Positions 18,386-26,557 of a stretch of DNA of 64,000 nucleotides are shown piece after piece; the first letter of the stretch is position 1, and each line of letters opens with the position of its first letter. The notes beneath the pieces were generated by a model. That model was not told the origin of the DNA. It was given only the letters and a program-made list of their open reading frames with translations, and ran no database searches. The stretch lies in the IMG/VR virus record IMGVR_UViG_3300042455_001744; one strand, 5' to 3'. This stretch comes from an uncultured virus (IMG/VR IMGVR_UViG_3300042455_001744). Lineage: Duplodnaviria > Heunggongvirae > Uroviricota > Caudoviricetes. Position numbers and translations under genes: made by a program.

Positions 18386-20818
18386 TTAAAAATCAAATTT
18401 AATTAAAAACTGTTGAATCCCTTGTCTTAAAACGGGAGACTGTAGTTTTGATACAATCATAAGATTTTTATCAGAATCGTAAAGACCAAGTTCAGTAATA
18501 TATGGTTTTGTTCCCGTATTCCACGTAGGATTTGATGAGGTCTGAAATTCAGAGTTAGATAAATTCAGTTTATAGACCATTTCATATATGGTCGCTTGTA
18601 TATCAGTTTCTAAAGACCCATAGAAATAATATTCATCACCAAAGTTTAATTGTAGTCCCGTAGAACCTTCCTGTGTAATATCAATATAATCACCTAAATC
18701 ATAAATATCATTTACCGCAGCATCATACAATTCTTTAGTAATAACAAATGTACTACCAGTAATTGCATCCTGAGTAATGTAACCATTGATTGTATTTGCA
18801 CTTAAAACATCAGTCATATCAATAACCCTCCAACTATCAGATTGTGGTCGATTACCTGTTGTAACTTTTTGACAAATAATTTCAATTTTTTCAGCAAAAA
18901 ATCCTTGTTTAAACGTATCTTCGTAATAATCCAAACAAGGGAAACCTGTACTAAATCTAACACCAACATTCTCAGAGTTTGAAGGGTTACAAACAACATC
19001 AGGTCCGGTTATTTTTGTATAATAATTACAATGTAATGAATTTGTAAATGCCGTTGTATTTGTAAACCTATACGTAACAAACATAGTCTCATTTGAATTT
19101 GTTAAAACACCTAATGAACTACCTAAACTATTACAAGTGTTAGGTGTTGATAAAAATAATTTAGGTGCCGGTAAAGTCCAATTTCGATTTGATTTATAAG
19201 ACATTGCAGCCAATAATTCTTCGTCATCTATAATGATAATCCTATCATCAGGGAAGACTTTTCCAACTCTGTTAGGATAACCATCAGGATTTATATTTGT
19301 ATCCCATAAATGATAATATCTAATACCCGGTGAATTCATATCCTCATTCTTAGTTGATTGTATATATCGTTCTTGAAATAACACAACACTAGGGTCTTCA
19401 AACCCTGGAGGGTCAACCCAAAAAGTTTCACCCATACAACATTCAGGATTTTTATGCCACATTAACCAAGGCAAATGTAATTTAAAATTCCTTGCTTGTC
19501 CCGTAGTATCATAAGGAGCCGTTGGGTCATATGGTTGTAACGCGAATTTTTCCCCATAGAATAAATCAATTGTTTGATTTGTATAATGAATTATACCAAT
19601 CGCCTTTTGTTCTTCAGGTTCAACTTTAACAATTTCCGCAAATGAATTGTAATAATACGTATCCGTAGTTTCTGCACTAAATTGATTACTTATGAAAAAA
19701 GTTTGTCCACTATTTGACATATAACCCAAATATTCTTTAGTTCCCAAATAATTAACCGAACCAAATTGTGGGTAATCTTTATAAACACCCGAATCTAATC
19801 CAGCTAAATTTTCAGACCAAGGAATATTCATATTCCAAACTTTAACGTCAAACTCATCTTGAGAACAAACCGATTCAAAATTAATGATATCATCATTATA
19901 ATGATTCAATGGAGTTATACTATCATATAAATCAGTCATTTTTTTAGGATAAACCAACGCCCTCGCATAACAACTCACGAATGTAATATTTGAAAAGTCA
20001 GGAGTAGTTCTATCTAACGTTATTTTATTACCACACACATCAACTATCCTATACGTTAATATTGAATAACAAGACGCCATTGACATCACACATTCAGTTT
20101 TTAATGGTGCCGGTGTTGGGTCGGGACAATAAGATGCCGAAGGTGATGGTGTAGGTGTAGGTGACGCACAAGGACTACCTGGTGATGGTGGTGCCGATGG
20201 GGTTGGTGTTGGTGTTGAGTACATACTCGGTGTTGGTGTTGGTGTTGGTAAATTTTCACACCCACAATTTGACGCACCTAAATTATCTATGTATAACGTA
20301 ATAAAATCACCCCTTTCAAATTGAGTATACTGAACGGGATTACAAGAGTCATTTAATAATTGTAGTGTCGTCCCACCTGTAAAACTAGACATATTAACAA
20401 CATAATTTGATGTTTTAACATAATCATTACCAGTTGATGCACTCCAACTAGTTGGTAAAACACTTGTATCACCTGTGAAAAAACCTCTCATAGCCGCAGT
20501 ATTATAAATTGGACTTATAACAGAATCCATATATGGTATACCATAAGTGTTTCCATTATTACCATCAACATAATACGGATATTTAACGTTTTGTTTATTC
20601 GATTCAGGAACACCACTAGAATTCTGAGCGTTAAAACCTGATTCTAATATCATAGTATTACTGATTAAATAATTCGAGGGTAATGTGTTATACAACATTT
20701 CACTATCCCCTACTTGGAAAAAACTAATATTAAACTTACCTTGTGACAACATTTGTCTTGCGGTATCTGTTAATTTACTATTTATTAATCCTGTTGTATT
20801 TTTTAAAATATATCCCAT
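18386..20818 (-). CDS. Putative tail collar/fibre-attachment structural protein with internal Pro/Thr/Ser linker
   Basis: N-terminal LTDTARQMLSQG..ISFFQVGD and C-terminal YITELGLYD..LMIVSKL resemble the two halves of the tail-collar fibre domain; PTPTPTPS tract about 20110-20250. Confidence 0.6.
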   Translation of the reverse strand: MGYILKNTTGLINSKLTDTARQMLSQGKFNISFFQVGDSEMLYNTLPSNYLISNTMILESGFNAQNSSGVPESNKQNVKYPYYVDGNNGNTYGIPYMDSVISPIYNTAAMRGFFTGDTSVLPTSWSASTGNDYVKTSNYVVNMSSFTGGTTLQLLNDSCNPVQYTQFERGDFITLYIDNLGASNCGCENLPTPTPTPSMYSTPTPTPSAPPSPGSPCASPTPTPSPSASYCPDPTPAPLKTECVMSMASCYSILTYRIVDVCGNKITLDRTTPDFSNITFVSCYARALVYPKKMTDLYDSITPLNHYNDDIINFESVCSQDEFDVKVWNMNIPWSENLAGLDSGVYKDYPQFGSVNYLGTKEYLGYMSNSGQTFFISNQFSAETTDTYYYNSFAEIVKVEPEEQKAIGIIHYTNQTIDLFYGEKFALQPYDPTAPYDTTGQARNFKLHLPWLMWHKNPECCMGETFWVDPPGFEDPSVVLFQERYIQSTKNEDMNSPGIRYYHLWDTNINPDGYPNRVGKVFPDDRIIIIDDEELLAAMSYKSNRNWTLPAPKLFLSTPNTCNSLGSSLGVLTNSNETMFVTYRFTNTTAFTNSLHCNYYTKITGPDVVCNPSNSENVGVRFSTGFPCLDYYEDTFKQGFFAEKIEIICQKVTTGNRPQSDSWRVIDMTDVLSANTINGYITQDAITGSTFVITKELYDAAVNDIYDLGDYIDITQEGSTGLQLNFGDEYYFYGSLETDIQATIYEMVYKLNLSNSEFQTSSNPTWNTGTKPYITELGLYDSDKNLMIVSKLQSPVLRQGIQQFLIKFDF

Positions 20819-20836
20819 TTTTTATTTTTTTTATTT

Positions 20837-21919
20837 TTAACTTCTAGTATAGAAGTATTCCCAATTTGATACCGAACAACAAATACAACCTTCAATATTT
20901 AGACCTGTAAGACTATATTTATTTGTTGTTGAGAAATAAGCATTACAACAATTTAAAGCAGTATTCGACTGTTGAAAACTTAAAGGACCTAACGATAATG
21001 TCGATGGTGCAGGATTACTACAGGTTAATTGATATGTTGGTATTACCGTAATTTCATAGGTATCTGAATTAGTATACGATAAATTAGTATAATTATACTC
21101 ATATTCAGTAGTATATAATTGAAATTCTTGACACGATGGTGAGGTATTTGTTGTTGTTGTTGTTGCAGTATTATCCGTATAGTTTGTTATTACAACACCA
21201 TTCTTTTTAACTTGAGGATTAAATGACGATGTTGCCGAATTCGAATACGGTGATTTAACAAATGTACCTCCAAGATTTAAGTTAAAATTAATACTAACAC
21301 CATTAGGTAATGGTGGTGTCACAGTAACACTATATTTAAATTCTTCAACTCGTGGATTATTTACAGTTATCACTGTTGAACTTATTTCTGTTAACTTAAT
21401 AACGTAATTAACTGATTCTATTAGAGCCGGAATTTCAACTAATTTACTAAAAATTGTACCTTCACTATCCTTAATCTTAACTGTTAAACTTAAATCACCA
21501 CACAAACCATCTTTAAATGGTGAATTACCATATGTAACACCATTATCGAATGAATACTGATACGGTGGTTGACCCCCTTCACCATAAAGAGTGATATTAG
21601 CATCACATTCACAAGACGGGTTATTTTTAACAACAATCATTGTTAATTCTTCATTATCTGAACATTCACCCTGTGTTGCAGTTATTTCATATTCCCTACC
21701 AACCCAAGTCCAATTCCCATTAATTGGTGGACTAGCGGGATTAATATTTATTACAGTATCAAACAAATTATATGTTGTACTAGAAAATCTCCAACAATTT
21801 GGTGTTAATGTTGTATCCCAAATTATTTTAATTTGAGTATCATCCGATAACCACGATTGTTTACCATTATAATACCCATCACAATTAAAATGGAACTTAT
21901 CTAAATCAAAAAAATACAT
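20837..21919 (-). CDS. Putative virion adhesin with a SprB-like repeat
   Basis: GGQPPYQYSFDNG...GLCGD..TVKIKDSEG; poly-Thr tract; starts MYFFDL. Confidence 0.65.
   Translation of the reverse strand: MYFFDLDKFHFNCDGYYNGKQSWLSDDTQIKIIWDTTLTPNCWRFSSTTYNLFDTVININPASPPINGNWTWVGREYEITATQGECSDNEELTMIVVKNNPSCECDANITLYGEGGQPPYQYSFDNGVTYGNSPFKDGLCGDLSLTVKIKDSEGTIFSKLVEIPALIESVNYVIKLTEISSTVITVNNPRVEEFKYSVTVTPPLPNGVSINFNLNLGGTFVKSPYSNSATSSFNPQVKKNGVVITNYTDNTATTTTTNTSPSCQEFQLYTTEYEYNYTNLSYTNSDTYEITVIPTYQLTCSNPAPSTLSLGPLSFQQSNTALNCCNAYFSTTNKYSLTGLNIEGCICCSVSNWEYFYTRS
21900..21919 (-). repeat. 20-bp direct repeat, copy 1 (ATGTATTTTTTTGATTTAGA)
   Basis: Exact match to 24370-24389; flanking bases differ on both sides. 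Confidence 0.9.
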
Positions 21920-21959
21920 TTATATTTAAATCTTATTTATCATTTATCGTCGTCTATTA

Positions 21960-22328
21960 TCAATAATATCCACCCGTATCAATGGGTGTAAAATCCAAAC
22001 AGAAATCAACACAAGGTGGTAATGTTGTTGTTGTTGTGGTTGATGTTGTTGTCGTGGTTACACTTAACACACAAGTACTTTTAATGACATAATCACCATT
22101 TGAATCTGTAACAGTTGCGGTATATGACCCAACACTTAAATTAGTAATTGTTTGTGTTAGACTACCATTAGCCCAAGTTATTGAATATGGCGGCGTACCA
22201 CCATTGATAACTAAACTAGCAATACCATCTGACGCAGTTATTGTCGACGGATTTGTCGAATTACAAGTAACAGACATTGGGAATATTGTTAATACCCCAC
22301 ATTGATTCCTATTTGTTGATTCTGGCAT
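21960..22328 (-). CDS. Single SprB-repeat protein with poly-Thr tail
   Basis: DGIASLVINGGTPPYSITWANG..ITNLSVGSYTATVTDSNG; TTTTTSTTTTTT; ends in TGA TAA TAG. Confidence 0.75.
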   Translation of the reverse strand: MPESTNRNQCGVLTIFPMSVTCNSTNPSTITASDGIASLVINGGTPPYSITWANGSLTQTITNLSVGSYTATVTDSNGDYVIKSTCVLSVTTTTTSTTTTTTLPPCVDFCLDFTPIDTGGYY

Positions 22329-22340
22329 AAATTATATTAT

Positions 22341-23330
22341 TTATAATAAATAATCAGTTTTTTGGTTTTTTATCAATGATTTCATAACATCCACATACTT
22401 TTTTGTTGAACTATTATCTTCTATGTAGTCAAAATAATTATCATCCTCACTTAAAAGTTTAAGTGGGTTAACATTTATAAATTCACCTTTATAAAATTTG
22501 GTTTTACTTAAATCGTAAGTAACTCCAGCCATATGTAATATCGGTTTATTTTCATATTGTTCTATGGTGTCCGTAGCCCAAGAAAACGATAATTTTTTAG
22601 TGACACGTGTTTCATTACCTCTTAACCAAAGATTCCATAATACCGCCCACATATCTGAAGTCCACATTTGAATCTCGTGCTGAATGGGATGAGTTTTATG
22701 AAAGTTAAATAACATTTTGTACAAATTTTCACTATCTTCAAAAACTTTCTCCCAATACAAATAATCAGTATTTTTAATTAGATATTGAGCACCTCCAGAA
22801 TTAAGTTGATTTTCTTTAACAATCTCAGGTGATATTCCAATAACGTTACACATCCTGTCTAATAATTCACCTTCATATAATTGAATATGGTTATCCTCAT
22901 AACGTTTTGAACATTCTTTAATGTAATCATACCCAATGTATGAGATAGTGTCCGACAAATAACTAAAATCGTCATTTAATAGACTCTCAAAATCCGGTAA
23001 CTCCCTAAAAATAATATCAGAATCGTGATAAAAATAACATTTACCTAATTCAGGGTATTCTTTTAACCATTTAGATAAAATTAAAGGTCTTAAAGTCGGG
23101 ATATATCGTTTATCAATTCGAGTATCTTCATAATGATGAACATTAACCCCTAATTGTTTTAACATTAAAGATTCTTCACTAGGTTGAGAACCATTTAAAA
23201 TAACAAACAAAACATGAATTTGATGAGGTTTAACCCCATTACTAATAAAATTATATATGTAAATTTTAGTTTGCCAATGAAAATACGAAATGTCAGGTTG
23301 TGCAGATACAAAAACTAATTCATCAATCAT
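22341..23330 (-). CDS. GT-A glycosyltransferase resembling plant peptidyl-Ser galactosyltransferase / hydroxyproline arabinosyltransferase (GT96/GT95-like)
   Basis: YFHWQT, YIPTLRP..LSKWL, DxD in YHDSDIIFR, GGAQYLI, WTSDMWA, ILHMAG. Confidence 0.72.
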   Translation of the reverse strand: MIDELVFVSAQPDISYFHWQTKIYIYNFISNGVKPHQIHVLFVILNGSQPSEESLMLKQLGVNVHHYEDTRIDKRYIPTLRPLILSKWLKEYPELGKCYFYHDSDIIFRELPDFESLLNDDFSYLSDTISYIGYDYIKECSKRYEDNHIQLYEGELLDRMCNVIGISPEIVKENQLNSGGAQYLIKNTDYLYWEKVFEDSENLYKMLFNFHKTHPIQHEIQMWTSDMWAVLWNLWLRGNETRVTKKLSFSWATDTIEQYENKPILHMAGVTYDLSKTKFYKGEFINVNPLKLLSEDDNYFDYIEDNSSTKKYVDVMKSLIKNQKTDYLL

Positions 23331-23369
23331 AATATTTTTTATTTAAAAAATATTAAATATATTTGATAA

Positions 23370-24389
23370 TTAAATATCAAACGTTGGAAACGTATCTCCA
23401 TCAACACATTTTATTAACTGTTTTAATAAACATTGTTGGTGATACATATTTTGCACAAAAGTATTAAAATTAGCTTGTGTAGTATTTGCAAAATTATTTC
23501 CAGCATCAACCCAAAAATTCGACACACTTTGAGTTGTTGTTATAAATTGATTATAATACGTATCACATTGAGGACAAGCTTTTGGTGATGTTACACTACC
23601 AGTACCCATAAATTGCCAATTTTGACCGTTTAAATCACCTCTCCATACTTTACTAGTTGTTGATGACGATTGAGCAACATTAGTTACATTATATGGTCCT
23701 GCACTACCTCTTAGGTTTGATTTTGCTCTAGTTTCAAACCATTGATATTGACTATCTCTATAAAAGTTAGCTAACCAAGACGATGAGGTTGTTGTTGAAC
23801 CAGCAATACCACCTTCAACTAAAATTTTAGTATAACGTTTTGCACCACCTATAGTGTCATTGTCTGATTTAACGTAAAGATTTTGTGTACTACCGTCAGT
23901 ATTAGTTAGTCCAGGTTCTAACCAATTATCGCCAGGATTTCCACACAAAATTGCCGGTAAAGGTGAATTAGTTGGTGTAGTAACCACATTTCCACGACCA
24001 CTACCTAACATAATATAACCATTAGTACTTACATAAAGAGCATTGGATGCTACACCCGCCATTTTATATGTTGTTGATAATCCTATTGGTGTGTCAGTCC
24101 AACCATTGTCAAACGTCGAAACAGTTCCATTTGTAAACCCACCATAATATGTATCATAATTATCATAATTTGAGGGCCAAACTAAATTTAGACTTGAGTC
24201 ATATTGATACGTAAATGATGTAGTATTGGAATTTTCATACCAATCCGTAACAGCATCTAATAACGCATCTTTAAACGTCATAAATGAAATACCAAAATCC
24301 TGCCAACCAAGAGGTTCTCCAAATAAATCTATAGAATCAGACCCAATTGCCTGTTTAATACACCAATCTTCTAAATCAAAAAAATACAT
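23370..24389 (-). CDS. Putative virion protein with NIDO-like central domain
   Basis: PIGLSTTYKMAG..NALYVSTNGYIMLG resembles the NIDO-like YVSTNG motif; starts MYFFDL. Confidence 0.55.
   Translation of the reverse strand: MYFFDLEDWCIKQAIGSDSIDLFGEPLGWQDFGISFMTFKDALLDAVTDWYENSNTTSFTYQYDSSLNLVWPSNYDNYDTYYGGFTNGTVSTFDNGWTDTPIGLSTTYKMAGVASNALYVSTNGYIMLGSGRGNVVTTPTNSPLPAILCGNPGDNWLEPGLTNTDGSTQNLYVKSDNDTIGGAKRYTKILVEGGIAGSTTTSSSWLANFYRDSQYQWFETRAKSNLRGSAGPYNVTNVAQSSSTTSKVWRGDLNGQNWQFMGTGSVTSPKACPQCDTYYNQFITTTQSVSNFWVDAGNNFANTTQANFNTFVQNMYHQQCLLKQLIKCVDGDTFPTFDI
24370..24389 (-). repeat. 20-bp direct repeat, copy 2
   Basis: Exact match to 21900-21919. Confidence 0.9.
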
Positions 24390-24412
24390 ATTTTAGTTTA
24401 TTTAAAATTTTA

Positions 24413-26557
24413 TTAACTTGTCTCACAAGATATTTCGTAATTGATTTTTAATTTAACTAAGATATTAGAATCTAATAAATTAACATCTGAACCACAATCA
24501 GATGTGATAGTAATTTTATTGGTGTTTGTATTAATTGTAACATTACCAATACCATCATAACCCAACAATAAATTTCTAACAGTAGTTGCAAATAATGTCT
24601 CACTTGGTGCGTCCGTTAATGATGTAGTCGTATAAAATATTAAACTTTCAGTTACCTCATTAACAATTGTAATTGCTTCAAAAGTAGCTTCATTTAAAAT
24701 ACAATTATTTTCATCAACAGTTAAATCCACATAACCTTCATTTAACATTAATATCGGTGTTTTTTCAAGTAATTCACCATTATTCATAAATTCACTATCA
24801 CATAAATTATAAATACCATAAGTAATTGCACAATTTACACCAACTAACACTATAGTCCTAATTTTAATACAACCATTATTATCAGTTACTTTAGCCGTAT
24901 ATGTTCCCGCTGACAAACTTGTTACAAGTAAACCCGTCTGACCGTTAACATTATCACTCCATTCTATAGTGTAAGGAGCTTTACCTTTTGTTATAAACAA
25001 TTGAATATAACCATTATTTGATGAATTCGCATTACCAGAATTATAAATGAAATCAACACCCTCTGAACTATTAACTAACACTGTTGAAGACTGAATACAA
25101 TTTTCACCTGTATCTGTAACATTAACGGTGTAACTACCTGAAGGTAATGAACTAAATGTTGCGGTAGTTAAATTTGTCTCTATACTCTCACCATTCAATT
25201 CATACACATATGGGCCTGAACCACCAACAACATTAATTTTTACAATACCATCATTTTTAGAACAAGTTGTACCCGTTACTACAAAAGTAAATGTGAATAC
25301 TTCTTCATTTAATATTTCATATTGATTAACATATTGACATCCACTACCGTCCGTAATTGAAAAAGTGTATGTATCGGAAGCCAATTGTGTAAAAGTGTAT
25401 GTTGGTAGTGTCGTACTAATTGAATTCTCAACACCCGTTGTGTTAACTAACTTGTACACATATGGTGGTGTTCCTGATGAAATATTAACATTTAATGTCC
25501 CTTGATTATTACCACACGATGAATTAGTTGTAGTTATTGACACAATATTAAATGATGATGGTGTGATTAACGCAACACTACTAATAAACGAACATAATCC
25601 AGCATCCTGAACAAAATAATTAAAGTTACCAGCACCCAATCCATTAAAACTAATTGTCCTATCAAAAGTTACTGAGGTAGTACCGTTTGAACCCGAATAG
25701 AAAAATGGTGGAGTTCCACCTGAAAGTATTATTTCAATTGACCCATTATTACCAAAACAAGATGGTTGAGTCACAAAAAGACCCGCTTGTCCAACTAACG
25801 GAACTTTTAACACATCCGCAGTTTTAACAACAACACAACCTGAATTGTCACTAACAGTTACACTATAAGACCCCTGAGTTAAACCACTTATTGACGATGT
25901 TGTTTTACCATTCGACCATAAATAAGTGTAAGGTGGTGAACCATTAATATTATTAATAAAAATTTTACCCGAATTAACGTTACAACCGGCATCATTAACA
26001 ACATACAAATCATAATCTAAATTTGTCGAATCTTGGATAATAACACTATTTGTTGTTGCAGTACAACCACCATTATCAACAACTTTCATATAATACGTTC
26101 CGGCACTTAACCCTTGAAATGAACGTCCTGACACTAAATTCGTTGTTCCCGATGTAATATAACCTAAAGTTGTGTGATATAGATAATATAAATTACTACC
26201 ATAATCATATTGCGTGTAAGCACTTAGTGAACCATTGTTTAAATCACAAACAGTGTTAGTCACACCTGTTATTGTTGTACATAACCCACTTGACACATAA
26301 ATTGACGCTATCTGACTTTGATTTTCAGGGTCAATACAACTATCTTTAATTAAAAATGAGTACGTTCCAGCGGTTAAAGATGTTGCAGTGTACGCTGTAA
26401 CTCCCGGTCCTAAAAAAACAGTACTTAAAGGTGGATTTACCCACTCAATTCTATAATCAGGAGCACTTCCTGTAATTGTAATACTGAACGAACCACCACT
26501 AATATTACTACAGTCACCTGTTACACCAACAAGACTATAATTTAAACTACAACTCAT
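24413..26557 (-). CDS. SprB-repeat fibre/adhesin protein
   Basis: About seven repeats of C..NNG.I...G(G/S).PY.Y.W...L..G.Y...V.D..GC. Confidence 0.85.
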   Translation of the reverse strand: MSCSLNYSLVGVTGDCSNISGGSFSITITGSAPDYRIEWVNPPLSTVFLGPGVTAYTATSLTAGTYSFLIKDSCIDPENQSQIASIYVSSGLCTTITGVTNTVCDLNNGSLSAYTQYDYGSNLYYLYHTTLGYITSGTTNLVSGRSFQGLSAGTYYMKVVDNGGCTATTNSVIIQDSTNLDYDLYVVNDAGCNVNSGKIFINNINGSPPYTYLWSNGKTTSSISGLTQGSYSVTVSDNSGCVVVKTADVLKVPLVGQAGLFVTQPSCFGNNGSIEIILSGGTPPFFYSGSNGTTSVTFDRTISFNGLGAGNFNYFVQDAGLCSFISSVALITPSSFNIVSITTTNSSCGNNQGTLNVNISSGTPPYVYKLVNTTGVENSISTTLPTYTFTQLASDTYTFSITDGSGCQYVNQYEILNEEVFTFTFVVTGTTCSKNDGIVKINVVGGSGPYVYELNGESIETNLTTATFSSLPSGSYTVNVTDTGENCIQSSTVLVNSSEGVDFIYNSGNANSSNNGYIQLFITKGKAPYTIEWSDNVNGQTGLLVTSLSAGTYTAKVTDNNGCIKIRTIVLVGVNCAITYGIYNLCDSEFMNNGELLEKTPILMLNEGYVDLTVDENNCILNEATFEAITIVNEVTESLIFYTTTSLTDAPSETLFATTVRNLLLGYDGIGNVTINTNTNKITITSDCGSDVNLLDSNILVKLKINYEISCETS

